A stretch of 63,982 nt of DNA, filler included, from Stramenopiles sp. TOSAG23-2 (GCA_900128395.1; 4 parts of 4 records of this genome joined end to end with filler, not necessarily neighbours in it); one strand, 5' to 3'; counted from the first letter of the whole stretch, positions 46,801-60,241 are shown. Numbers and translations are program-made. Notes: generated by a model from the letters alone, not told the origin.

Positions 46801-48498
46801 AAAATAAAATTGTGACCAAAATGACACGGGCTGGTGGAGCCTTTGGTGGAAAGTTAACGAGGCATTTACCTTGTGCAATGGCTGCTACACTCGCAAGCTT
46901 GAAACATCAAAAGGCTATTAAAGTTATCAATGAAAGAGTTGATGATTTAGTTGTGACTGGAGGAAGAGAAAGGGGGAAAGCTATTTATACGGTTGGTTTT
47001 AATAATAATGGCAAAATTTTAGCCTTGAAGTTAGATTTTTATATGGATTCTGGCTTTTCAATTGATATTTCAGATGGTGATCTGAAAATGGCGATGTATT
47101 GGGCTGATAATGTCTATAATATTCCGGCGTAAGTATAGTATATTTTGAAATAATAATCTTGTGTTAATAACAACGCATATCCTTAGCTATAGAAGCAAAT
47201 TTCAATTTATTTATTTTACTAACATTTGTTATATACATATATTTTTCAACAGTTGGAGTTCAAATGGATATTTATGCAAAACAAATACGCCGACAAACAC
47301 TGCTATGAGAGCACCAGGATTGGTGCATAGCATACATACCATGGAACATGTTTTACATAATATTTCGAAAATTTTAAATTTGAATCCTGTTAGTACAAGG
47401 GCATTAAATTTTTATAATGTAGGAGATGTTACGCCATATGGGCAAGTCATTGAGCGTAGCACATTGAAAGAAACTTGGCAACAATTACAACAAACGTTTG
47501 ATCAGCTAAAATCATCTGTTGATAAATTCAATGGGGAAAATAGATGGGTGAAACGAGGCGTACAACTAACTCCTGTGAAATATGGTATGCAGCATAATGG
47601 ATATAATATCCATGCCATTGTAAATATATTTTCTGATGGTTCCATATCTTTAGCTACTGGAGGATTAGAGGTAGGCCAAGGATTGAATACGAAAGTCGCA
47701 CAATGTTGTGCATATGCTTTAAAAGCTCCGTTAGATTTAATTGACGTGTCCGTACCAAATTCAACAGATAAAATTGCAGTTAGCAGTAACACTGGCGGCA
47801 GTGCCACTAGCGAATGTGCATGTGAAGCAACTATGTTAGCCTGTGCTATAATAAATAAAAGGTTAGAGCCATATAAAAAGAATTATTCAACTTGGAAGGA
47901 AATAATTAATGCTGCTAGCAACGATAATGTTTTCTTATCAGCAACTGCACAATATTGCCCACCGTTGTTAACACCAACGGATTATTTTAGATATTTTGTA
48001 TGGGGTAGTGCAGTGTCTGTAGTAGAATTAGACGTATTGACAGGGGAAACACAAATTTTGCGTTCTGATATTGTATATGATTGCGGCGTTAGTTTAAATC
48101 CATTGATTGATCTTGGCCAAGTGGAAGGTGCATTTTGTTTTGGAGTTGGAACATTTTTAACAGAAGAAGTTGTTAGAGATGAAAAAACTGGACAGATGCT
48201 AAGTAATGGTACGTGGGATTATAAACCACCAACTAGTAAATGTATTCCATGTGATTTTAATGTTGCATTTTTAAAAGGCGCAACTGATAATCCACATGGT
48301 GTATTATCTTCAAAAGCAACCGGGGAACCGCCATATTCATTAGCAAATAGTGTGTATTTTGCATTAAGATATTGCATTGATGAAGCTAGAAAAGAAAATA
48401 AATGTACAGAAACGGAATATAATTTAGATGTTCCAGCGACGCAACAGCGTATTTTAAATGCATGTGGTGGGACTAGTGCTGAGTTTGTGATAGGGTAG
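43856..48498 (+). CDS. Xanthine dehydrogenase/aldehyde oxidase family molybdoflavoprotein; introns 45710-46136 and 47129-47252
   Basis: 2Fe-2S motifs (GTKIGCNEGGCGAC, QCGFCTPG, GNICRCTGY), FAD region, Moco region (QATGEAKY, HFYMETQ, GGAFGGK, EVGQGLNTK, SKATGEPP). GT-AG introns join the three ORFs in frame. Start codon uncertain. Confidence 0.9.
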
Positions 48499-48504
48499 TT
48501 ACCC

Positions 48505-48604
48505 NNNNNNNNNNNNNNNNNNNNNNNNNNNNNNNNNNNNNNNNNNNNTTAATTAATTAANNNNNNNNNNNNNNNNNNNNNNNNNNNNNNNNNNNNNNNN
48601 NNNN
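48505..48604. other. Artificial scaffold linker
   Basis: N-TTAATTAATTAA-N, 100 nt. Confidence 0.95.
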
Positions 48605-51185
48605 TTTGCTTTATACAATGAGAGGAGACTATACAATGGAATGAAATGAGATAGTAATATCACCAGTGATGTGATGTGTATCTATCAATCATCTATTCCG
48701 ATGAATATGTATCAAATATATATATATATTGAGTTTTCCATTCATACATTCATACATTATTAGATGGTTGTGGGCACGTGGGTGGTGTGGCAATATTAAA
48801 TATATATAAGATTGGGCTTTACTATAGCATAGGAATAGCATTCAGTCAAGGTGGTAGACCTAATTAGGCCTATAAGGAGCGCCATAAAAAATAACATGAA
48901 TCTTACTTCTATTCTTAAATCGCTAGTGATGCCTTGTTGTTCGTTAAGGAAAATGATATACCTAACGATAAAAACAATTTCTGTCGTAAAGCCTGCAACA
49001 ACACTCCAAAATAAACCCAAGCCGCTGAAAAGAGAAAAGAAAACAGTGAAAATATTCATTTTCTCATAGTTAACTTCCATCTGCATCGAAGAAAAAACAA
49101 ATTTAAGAAAAGATAAAGGGGTGTCCTTTTTTGCTTCCAAGGCATCTTTAAATGGCCCTGTGCCATACGAAGTAATTGGAGCGCTACCATTTATATGACT
49201 TATATGGTATTGGCTAAAATACAAGTCTAAATCCGATCAACACCAAAGAATGACTGTATCAACGCTTATGGATTCAAATGCCGAATCTATGAGACTACGT
49301 CGTATCACTAAGAAAAAAATAAAGGAGTCAATTATTAACCCTGTTGGATATGCCATCGCGGACTTGACAACACTTTCCGGGAAAGTGGCCGATGAAACAC
49401 GAAAGAAGGAATTGCAACAAGTGATTGATTATTTAAATCAGTTGTGTGGCAATGACAAAAAGAAGGATGAGACAAATAATAATGAAAAAGAAGTAAAAGC
49501 AACTGCTGCGGTAGCGTCGGTGATCTAAGAAGTATGACCGCGGATTTCGGAAGAAAAATGAAATATATGTATTTGCACAATACCAACATATTAACAGCTG
49601 ATGCAAACCGTAACTCTTGGGCTCAACCTGATCGTCGAAAAAGCGTTCGATTGTTACCCCATTTTAGAATTCTAAAATTTAGATATGAAAAATGGTTTTA
49701 GATAAAAATATTCTAACAACTTTATTTTAATAAACCCTATTATATTAAAATATAATATCGCGCTTCTGCCTAATTATGCCTAAATTTTCCTAACTTTTCC
49801 TAACTGCCTAATATTTCTTTGTTATTCTTTATTCTTTTTTATTATAGGATTTTACTGTAATCTAAAAGTTCTACTGAAATCTAACGATATTTTTGATAGA
49901 ATTAAGGGAGAAGTCTAAATTACAATCAAAATAACTATATTTGATTTGCCTAACGCCTTACTGATGCACAATGATTTAGAACACAATCTAATCCATTCCC
50001 ACCCTTGTTAAGATAGATTACTGTTTGTAACTCTACAAATTCTTCTTTCGAGAGTAACCCCATATTTAAATGAGAGACACCTGGTATTGGATTTGCACGA
50101 TAAAATGGCCGATCACACCATTTACAATCATTGGAATCCTGTTCCGACTGAGTCAGCAATGTACATGTCACCACTTATTCCTTCGACGCCCGGGCGCGCC
50201 TTGCTCCCCGGATCCCCGTTTGAAAGAAAATAATCTTTGTTGATATAAGTATTCCCTCCTTTAACTGAAAATTTTGCAGCGCCATTTACAATCATTGGAA
50301 TCCTGTTCCGACCTGCAAATTCAGACAATTGAAATGTGTTATCTTTCACGACCACATTCTTAAAAATACCTTTATTAAGTGCGGCTTTGCAGTTATCACT
50401 TATTGGCAGACATCGGTTGCTCAACCATTGGCATCTTTTCTTACCATCCTTACTTTTATCACGTATACATGCGTCTTCCTTGTCGATTCGGAAACAATGG
50501 ACATTCGCTTTACTTGTCAAGGGTGGTGGCGGGATGTTGCAAAACGTTTGTGGGGGGTTCAGGCGTGAAATGGAAGGATTTAACGTGGTTTTTAGTTTTA
50601 AATTTTCGGTAGTTGTTTTTCCAGTTTGGGTTTTGAGGGGAGATAAAATTTGTAAAATTGGAGTTTTAGTGTGTGTGTTGGGAAATGATGTTTTTGGGTA
50701 CGTTTGAGGAGAGTTGAATGGGGTGTGGTTAGTGCGGTGGGAGAATGGAATGTGGTGATCGAGGTAAGAACATTTCTCCGGGTTGAAATGGATGTGGTAT
50801 GGGGTATATACGGGGTATGCGGTGTGTATGAATATTGTATAGATGCGTGAATATTTGGGGTGTATTGTTTTAGATTGGTTGTTCGAGAGGATCGATGTAA
50901 TTATTATTTTGTAATTTTGGATAATCATCTGCCATCTGGATATTTAAATTAGCAGGGGAATAGAAGGAGAGATCATTATTATTTTAATTTAAATAATTTA
51001 AATAATGTACATAATTTAATATAAAAGGTAATAAATAAATAAAGAAGGGAACGTTAAAAAGGAGCAAGTTTGTTCGTGGGTGATTTTCATTTTGTTTTTT
51101 ATCCACCATTAGTTAAGAAAAACAACACACGAATTGTTTTACGTTTACATAAATATTTTTTTTGTAAATCAAAATTATTATAAAA

Positions 51186-54100
51186 ATGACGTTAATTTTT
51201 ATATATTTATTAATAATAATAGTAATAACTGCAACGGTAATGGAGTGCAACGCTTTTGGAGAGAAAGAAGAAATATGTGCGGGGCAGAAGGATGTGATGC
51301 ACAGGTTACAACGGGATGGAAAGTTGTGCGATAGCGCGGAAGATTGGAAGGCATGGTTTCATTTGAATTACCCTGGTTGTGGAGAAGACGACAAGTGGGC
51401 AGAAAATAATTTTAAAAATGACGGTGTGAAACTGGTGAAAGAAGAACGTACTACTGGTGATAATGTTTTTATACGTGGCCTGAGTGGGGTATACGAAAAG
51501 GAGCAGAAAGCGGAAACGAAGCAGGAGAGACACTTTGGGAAAATGAACACAGGAAAAATGCCTTTGACGGAGAAGGGAAAACATTTGCAATTGGGTTTTC
51601 AGGAACGACGGCTTGATGATGACAGTTCACGTGGAAGGGAATTGATAAGTGAATGGGATGGGACGGCAACGAAGGGGTCATTTAATCTTGTTAGGAAAGT
51701 AACGAAGACGAGTGATACGATTGATGTGATGGGTACGCTGGAAATTATTGGAATTGTTGGGAGTGACGGGGTTCGGCCAGCAATTGATGGTGGTGGTACG
51801 CCGGGGTGTTGGAGTAGTTGTCCTGGGCATCGGGTGTTTATAGTACGTAATAGTGATGAATATAAATTACGATTAACAAATATAACAGTTCAGAATGGAT
51901 ACACGGTACGTTTTCACATTTTATTTTATTATGCTAATTGCTCCAGACTCGTATCTAATTAGCATTTATTCTTTCTTTTTATAACACTGCGTATGTCCCC
52001 CTTTTTATCAAACACAAAGGACTAACATTTGTTTTTTATTATACTTTTGATATGGTATCTCTGTTATGATGTACAGAGCGTAAGTAAACGTTGAATGGTG
52101 TAGTCTTCTTTCTTTTCATCAAACACAAAGGACTAACATTTGGTTTTTATTTTATTCTTTATATTGTATCTCTGTTATGATGTACAGACCGTGAGTAAAC
52201 GTTGAATAATGCAGTCTTCTTTCTTTTCATCAAACACAAAGGACTAACATTTGTTTTTTTATTATATTTTTGATATTGTATCTCTGTTATGACGTACAGG
52301 GCGTAAGTAAACGTAGTCTTCTCTCTTTTCATCAAACACAAAGGACTAACATTTGTTTTTTATTATATTTTTGATATTGTATCTCTGTTATGATGTACAG
52401 GGCGTAAGTAAACGGTGAATGGTGTAGTCGTCTCTCTTTTCATCAAACACAAAAGACTAACATTTGTTTTTTATTATACTTTTGATATTGTATCTCTGTT
52501 ATGATGTACAGCAAGTAAGTAAACGTTGAATGGTGCAGTCTTGTTTTTTTCCATCAAACACAAAGGACTAACATTTGTTTTTTTATTATAAAGGGCGGAG
52601 GTTTCTGGATATTTGGTGGATCAGTTTCAATCAGTAGCTGTACTGTGTCAAATAACACAGTCGTAAGTAGTATTTGCTAAAATACGTAGTCTTCTTTCTT
52701 TTCATCAAACACAAAGGACTAATGTTTGTTTTTTTATTAAATTTTTGATATTGTATCTCTGTTATGATGTACAGATCGTAAGTAAACGTTGAACGGTGTA
52801 GTCTTCTTTCTTTTCATCAAACACAAAGGACTAACATTTGTTTTTTTATTATATTTTGATATTGCATCTCTGTTATGATGTACAGGCCGTAAGTAAACGT
52901 TGAATGAAGTAATCTTCTTTCTTTTTATCAAACACAAAGTAAACGTTGAACGGTGTAGTCTTCTTTCTTTTCATCAAACACAAAGGACTAATGTTTTTTT
53001 TTTTATTATATTTTTGATTTTGTATCTCTGTTATGATGTACAGGGCGTAAGTAAACGTTGAACGGTGTAGTCTTCTTTCTTTTCATCAAACACAAAGGAC
53101 TAACATTTGTTTTTTTATTATATTTTGATATTGCATCTCTGTTATGATGTACAGGCCGTAAGTAAACGTTGAATGAAGTAATCTTCTTTCTTTTTATCAA
53201 ACACAAAAGACTAACATTTGTTTTTTTATTATATTTTGATATTGCATCTCTGTTATGATGTACAGGCCGTAAGTAAACGTTGAATGAAGTAATCTTCTTT
53301 CAAGTAAACGTTGAACGGTGTAGTCTTCTTTCTTTTCATCAAACACAAAGGACTAACATTTGTTTTTTATTATATTTTTGATATTGTGTCTTTGTTATGA
53401 TACACAGGCCGTAAGTAAACGTTGAATAGTGAAGTTGTCTTTCTTTTTATCAAACACAAAAGACTAACATTTGTTTTTTAATTATATTTTGATATTGTAT
53501 CTCTGTTATGATGTACAGAGCGTAAGTAAACGTTGAATGGTGTAGTCTTTTTTTTTTTCATCAAGCACAAAGGACTAACATTTGGTTTTTATTATATTTT
53601 TGATATTGTATCTCTGTTATGACGTACAGGGCGTAAGTAAACGTAGTCTTCTCTCTTTTCATCAAACACAAAGGACTAACATTTGGTTTTTATTATATTT
53701 TTGATATTGTATCTCTGTTATGATGCACAGAGCGTAAGTAAACGTTGAATGGTGAAGTCGTCTTTCTTTTTATCAAACACAAAAGACTAATGTTTGTTTT
53801 TTTATTATATTTTGATATTGCATCTCTGTTATGATGTACAGGCCGTAAGTAAACGTTGAATGGTGTAGTCGTCTTTCTTTTCATCAAACACAAAGGACTA
53901 ACATTTGGTTTTTATTATATTTTTGATATTGTATCTCTGTTATGACGTACAGGGCGTAAGTAAACGTAGTCTTCTTTCTTTTCATCAAACACAAAAGACT
54001 AACATTTGTTTTTTTATTATATTTAAGGACTAACATTTGGTTTTTATTATATTTTTGATATTGTATCTCTGTTATGATGTATAGCAAGTAAGTAAACGTT

Positions 54101-57100
54101 GAATGGTGCAGTCTTCTTTCTTTTCATCAAACACAAAGGACTAACATTTGTTTTTTTATTATAAAGGGTGGAGGATTCTATATAATGGGTGGATCACTCT
54201 CAATGAATAGCTGTACTGTGTCAAAGAACACAGCCGTAAGTAGTATTTGCTAAAATACGTAGTCTTCTTTCTTTTCATCAAACACAAAGGACTAATGTTT
54301 GTTGTTTTATTAAATTTTTGATATTGTATCTCTGTTATGATGTACAGATCGTAAGTAAACGTTGAACGGTGTAGTCTTCTTTCTTTTCATCAAACACAAA
54401 GGACTAATGTTTTTTTTTTTATTATATTTTTGATTTTGTATCTCTGTTATGATGTACAGGGCGTAAGTAAACGTTGAACGGTGTAGTCTTCTTTCTTTTC
54501 ATCAAACACAAAAGACTAACATTTGTTGTTTTATTATATTTTTGATATTGTATCTCTGTTATGATGCACAGGCCGTAAGTAAACGTTGAATGAAGTAATC
54601 TTCTTTCTTTTTATCAAACACAAAAGACTAACATTTGTTTTTTTATTATATTTTTGATATTGTATCTCTGTTATGATATATAGTATGTAAGTACATGTTG
54701 AATGGCGAAGTTGTCTTTCTTTTCATCAAACACAAAGGACTAACATTTGTTTTTTATTATATTTTTGATATTGTATCTCTGTTATGACGTACAGGGCGTA
54801 AGTAAACGTAGTCTTCTTTCTTTTCATCAAACACAAAAAACAACAAGAACATTTACGAATAGATACAAAAAAGAGACAGGATATCGTCGGTTACGCCATA
54901 CAAGTTTTTTATTATATTTTTGATATTGTATCTCTGTTATGATGTACAGTCCGTAAGTAAACGTTGAATGGTGAAGTCGTCTTTCTTTTCATCAAACACA
55001 AAGGACTAACATTTGTTTTTTATTATATTTTGATATTGTATCTCTGTTATGACGTACAGGGCGTAAGTAAACGTAGTCTTCTTTCTTTTCATCAAACACA
55101 AAAAACAACAAGAACATTTACGAATAGATACAAAAAAGAGACAGGATATCGTCGGTTACGCCATACAAGCAAGAAACAAACATGACCAAGCGACTTATAA
55201 AGTTCAAATTGATGCTTGCGACGATGGCTCTGCGACAACATGCAGCGATAACGACTTGTGGTCTTTTTATCAAACACAAAAGACTAACATTTGTTTTTTA
55301 TTATATTTTTGATATTGTATCTCTGTTATGATGTACAGGCCGTAAGTGAAACGTTTGTATCCTTTCTCTTAGGTCGTATTGTGTAGGAAATACAAATAGC
55401 TAACACTTATATTTGTTTTTATTTACATGTTGTTGTAATATACTAGGGTGGGGGGATTTATATAGATTCAGGAAAATTAGTAATAATATCAAGTCGTTTT
55501 ATTGATAATAAAGCTCTATCTAATAAAGCTTCTACACCAGGGAAGGGACCAAACATCTGCGCCTTACAAACATGCACGCTTATTAACACCACTTTCAATC
55601 CACCAAATTCAATTGCTGGGAAAGCACCGCCACGACTATGCACTGCACAGGTATGTCAACGTGCAATCCCAACATTACCCAATTTCGGCATCAATTGCAT
55701 CAACAAAGCAGTAACAGCAACCGGCAACAACGAAGGTGTTACATGCCTCCCATGCTCTCCGGGTACTTACCTTGCTGAAAATTCATCGTATCCGTCATGC
55801 GTGCCATGTTTCCCTGGAAGAGCAACAAATAAACACGGTCAAGCATCGTGCGACGCTTGCTCACCTGGAAAATATGCAAATACGCAAGGATTAGAAACGT
55901 GCGCATATTGTGACCCAGGAAAATATGGAAACAACACAGTAACGTGCATCGACGTACCGCCTGGCACATACCCAACTAACTGCTACGATCCATCATCAAG
56001 CAAAGGATGCAGCGAAATTGAAGATTGCCCGCGTGGGTTTTACTGCCCTTCAAAGACACTAGAACCTGTTCGATGCAAACCTGGAACCTACACAAATATT
56101 ACCGGTTCCCCACAATGTTCAACGTGTACGAGCGGACGTGTAAATATTGAATACCAGGCAACCAAGTGCAACGCTTGCGTGAAAGGAAAGTATGCACCTC
56201 GTGAAGGCTTAGAAACATGTACTACTTGCAATGATGGAAAGACAACGTTTAATAAAGGCAGCGAAGAATGCAGTGATTGCCCTATTGGAAAATCTGGAAC
56301 AAACGGCATTTGTAATAGTTGTACAAACGGAAGGTATCAAGACGAAGTTGGTCATACGACATGTAAAAACTGTAAAGAAGGAAAACGTTCTGCCGGAACA
56401 ACATGTACACAGTGTCTTGCTGGCAAATATTTATCAGGAAAAATATGCAAAGGGTGTAGTACCGGGAAATACTCTGCAGCTGGAGCAGCAAAATGTTTAG
56501 ATTGCCCAAAAGGAAAATGGACAAACCATGATTCGTCTGGATGCAACGATTGCCCTGCTGGATTTTACGGTTTATTAGAGGGCCAAACAAACCAAAGTGA
56601 TGCTTGCGTACAGTGTGAGAAAGGAAAATTTAGCTCCTCGATTGGCGCCGATTCAAAAGATTTGTGCAACGACTGCCCACTCGGTACAGCTAGCAATGTT
56701 GTAGGGGCAAATAATTCCAAGTTTTGTTTGCCGTGTGATAAAGGAAAAGTAGCAAATACGTCTGGATCAATAGTATGTTCAACTTGTCCAAATGGTGCAT
56801 GGGCTACTGGTGGAAAAGATGTAACCACTGGTACAGGATCAACATTATGCCGTGAATGCGGATTAGGCAAATTTTTAAATAAGACAGTGTGTTCATTATG
56901 CCCTGTTGGAAAGTTCCAAGACCGTTTAGGCCAGATTGCGTGTAGAAAATGTAAAACGGGGCATTCAATCCCAACACGAACAACATGTACCATGTGTCAT
57001 GCTGGCGGATATTTAAAAGGAAACGAATGCGTTGCTTGTGAGAAAGGAAAATATTCTTTAGCTGGTAATAGCAAATGCGTGGGGTGTTTACTTGGCCAGT

Positions 57101-59911
57101 ATGCAAAGTTAGATATAAAGAACCCAAATATTTACCCCGTTGCGACATCGTCCGGGTGTTATTTGTGTAGATCAGGATTGTACGGTATTAAACAAGGTGA
57201 AACAAAAGCATCTAATGCTTGCCATAGCTGCCCAAAAGGAAAATTCGGTACAGCAACGGGCGCTGATTCGATAAAATTGTGCAACGACTGCCCACTCGGT
57301 ACAGCTAGTAATGTTGTAGGGGCAAACAATTCCAAGTTTTGTTTGCCGTGTGATAAAGGAAAAGTAGCAAATATGTCGGGATCAAAGTTATGTCATGTAT
57401 GTAGTGTTGGTTACGTTGCAGGCGGAGCTAGTATTAGTAATGGCCAATTGGGAGCTACCTTATGTCAGCCATGTAGTGTTGGAAAACATGGAGTAGATAA
57501 AGCTGAAAAATGCGAGTCGTGTAGTCAAGGGAAATTTCAAAATCGCGAGGGTACTAAACGATGCAATGAGTGCCTTCCTGGGTTTTACAGTGGCTTCGAA
57601 GGATTGCCAAAGTGTATTGAATGCCCCCCTGGGCGTGCAAACACATTTAAAGATAGACATGCATGCAATGCATGCGAAATTGGGCGATTTGCTAATGTAT
57701 CTGGTTTAAAAGAATGTTTCCGTTGTGGTGATGGCGAATCAACTTATATTAATGGTAGCGTTGCATGTTTGCCGTGCCAAAAGGGCAAAGCAGGTAGAAA
57801 TGGTAATTGTAATTTTTGTTATGGAGAGAACCAATATTCAGACGTCGAGGGTTTAAAACACTGCAAAATTTGCCCTGGTGCCACTGTACCGGATAAAGTT
57901 CATATTTTATGTACATCAAGAAAAACCCATGGCCCTGGACCTACAATTACTGTTGTTCATGCAAGCAATTTTTATCGATCGTTGTACGTTGAATGGGACT
58001 TGCCACAATTAAATAATACCAGTCAACAAATACAAGATATAATAATTGTTCCTATTAACGCAGATACAGGAAAGGAAGAAACTAAGTCAATTACTAAAGT
58101 TGGCGGTATTGCAACATCAATCAGTACAAAACCATTGTTGAAATTAGTTACAAATCAAGTGTATCAGGTAAGATTGTTTATCAAATACAATAATTTTGTA
58201 AGTGAAAATGCAACGTGGGGACCTCGTTGGACGACAACAAGCGATTGTAGCACAAGTGAAGTTTATTTAGGTATGTATATTCTCTTCTCATAGTTATATC
58301 ACTTGATTTTATATATTAACACTTTTTTTCTCTCTCTCATTTTAACTATAGGTACAGGCAGTAATGATATGGCAAATTGGCAATGCAGAGAATGCCCATT
58401 GCATGCGTCGTGCGATGGTTTGGTAACTTGGTCTAGCGTTGAGGCAAAGTTTGGAAATTGGAGGGATACGGATGATAATAAATTTTACAGTTGTTTACGT
58501 CCACAATCGTGTCTTGGCGCACCAAACGATGCATTGGTATCACGTTTTCCACGTGAAGCGGCAGTAAAAAATTCAACCGAAGGCTGTGCACATACTTTTA
58601 CTGGAAGATTATGTGCAACATGTAAGAAAGGGTATGCACGGAGTACGAAGCGTGGGTCGTGTTCACGGTGCCAAGAACCAGGTAACACCTTGTTGTTTAT
58701 CAGTGCTGGTGTAGCTGGATTGGTTGGGACATGTGTTTTGATACGGATCACAGTATTCAAACCGCGCGAAGTACATTTTTCTGACGGTGTTAAAAAGATC
58801 TTCCTTTCGTATTTACAATTGGCTTCATTAGCATCTGCTGTTAATGTACCGTGGACAGCATCGTTTCGCCAATTATTTGCTATTCAACAGATATCTACAA
58901 GTATTGCAGACGCATTTTTATCGCTTGATTGCGTCTTGGAATTTATGCCAACATGGAACGTTTTTTTAATAAAGTTGTTTGGTGTGTTACTTTTACCAGT
59001 CCTTGTGTTGCCTATTGCATATGTTGCCATCCGATTTTGTTGTAAACGATTCCGTAGCAATGATAGTAATTGGGTCGATCAATTTGTAGCAACTGTGGTA
59101 TTGTTATGGTATTTAGCATTTCCATCTATTGTACAAAAGTTAACTATGTTGATAACATGTACTGAAGAAATAAACGGTGTACAATACGTTGTCGTTGACC
59201 CTGAAATTGTTTGTTGGGGGGGGCGAGCACCGTGATATTGCTTTGGTAGCAGGTTTGTTTGGATTATTGGCATATGTAGTTGGTTTACCATTGTTGGGGG
59301 TCTATGTATTGAAAACTGTAGATCGTTCAACATCAGGTGCACAACTACGGTACGGTATATTGTACGATGGGTACTCAAAGCAGTTCTGGTACTGGGAAAT
59401 AACGGTTGTGTTACGTAAGCTTGCAATTATCTTGATTGGGTCGTTTTTAGATGGACAAGAGCAAATTTTATCAATACTTTTAGTGCTGTTTTTGGTGATC
59501 TACTTTACAGCAACGTGTCAACCGTTTGAGAATGTAGAGTTACTGCGCTTGGAGCTGGTATCCCTTGCCGTTTGTTTTATAACGTTTTGGATTGGTAGTT
59601 TATTTTTAGAAGAAAGTTCAAAGTGTAGCAATGGCGAAGATGTATTTTGCAAGTTGGGTGCAGTTGTGGTGATAGTTTTAAATGTTGTTGCAGCAGTGTA
59701 TTTGGCAGGTATTTATTTGCAAGAGAAGGTGTCAGAGAAGAAAGAGTGGCTGATGAAATGGTATCGTAGGTGTAATATTTGTGGTTGTTGTTGTATGGAG
59801 GAGAAGGAAAAAGTGCGTCGAGAATCATTGTATGAGATGGTGTCAGATGGTGGTGACAATGGGATAGGAGAAGTAAATGTAGAGGGTGAAGATATGTACC
59901 ATGAGCTTTAA
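51186..59911 (+). CDS. Large surface receptor-like protein: signal peptide, parallel beta-helix (GGG-I/F repeats), GCC2/GCC3-like Cys-rich repeats, FN3-like segment, multi-pass TM region. Exons 51186-51905, 52594-52662, 54167-54235, 55447-58270 and 58352-59911, plus putative 3-nt microexons
   Basis: Phase-0 exons encode GGGFWIFGGSVSISSCTVSNNTV, GGGFYIMGGSLSMNSCTVSKNTA and GGGIYIDSGKLVIISSRFIDNKA, in frame with the CxxCxxGxY-repeat ORF. Phase-1 intron at 58271-58351. TM region has YGILYDGY...WYWEITVVLRK. There is a +1 frame slip in a G8 run at 59216-59223. Confidence 0.8.
52002..55347 (+). repeat. Tandem array of near-identical ~98-110-nt intron-like units separated by 25 three-nucleotide putative microexons
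   Basis: Unit: GTAAGTAAACGTTGAA...CATCAAACACAAAG-GACTAAC-ATTTGTTTTTTATTATATTTTTGATATTGTATCTCTGTTATGATGTACAG followed by NNN. It contains a donor, a branch point, a T-rich tract and an acceptor. Confidence 0.85.
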
Positions 59912-60241
59912 ATAGTTGTATGTACGATTCATTTGATTGTTGTTCACTTTCCAGGTTAAATATATGTTAGTGGTGCATTAATAGAGAGAGTTGGATTTTA
60001 GATAGTTTTGTTTTCGTAAAACTTGTATATATGATATTCTATATTCCTCCATCTGCATTACCACAACAAATACCACTACCATGCATGCATCCATCCATGA
60101 GTAATACTGATAAATGTTTCGGACATATTTACAACGTCATAAGTCTAAGTTGCATGAAAAATTTCGATTTACTTGTAAAATACCTTGGAATAGAAGGTGA
60201 AAACATACAAGTCAAAATACCACGACAATGGTGTCGTCTAT

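Noticed and set aside
16115-48604. Recurrent TTAATTAATTAA palindrome, and apparent clustering of actin-regulator genes
   Set aside because: The palindrome is an artificial concatenation linker. The WASP-like, RhoGEF and formin genes lie on different scaffolds of similar length, so their proximity is coincidental.
50128-50928. 266-aa minus-strand ORF and a G/T-skewed stretch
   Set aside because: The N-terminal half derives from low-complexity skewed sequence. The Cys-containing part may be a real exon fragment, but I cannot assign a product.
54830-55262. Two inserts (about 54830-54904 and 55094-55260) that are reverse-complement copies of the discoidin-like gene (about 61004-61171), suggestive of spacer acquisition
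   Set aside because: They appear identical to the source and join through AAACACAAAA microhomology within a hard-to-assemble repeat. This is most likely a misassembly or chimera and needs long reads to be taken seriously.
52002-55347. CRISPR array or plain satellite interpretation, and the short 60-67-aa minus-strand ORFs within it
   Set aside because: The context is eukaryotic with no cas genes, the repeats are ~105 nt and the spacers only 3 nt. Plus-strand splice signals explain the unit, and the ORFs are by-products of the repeat.
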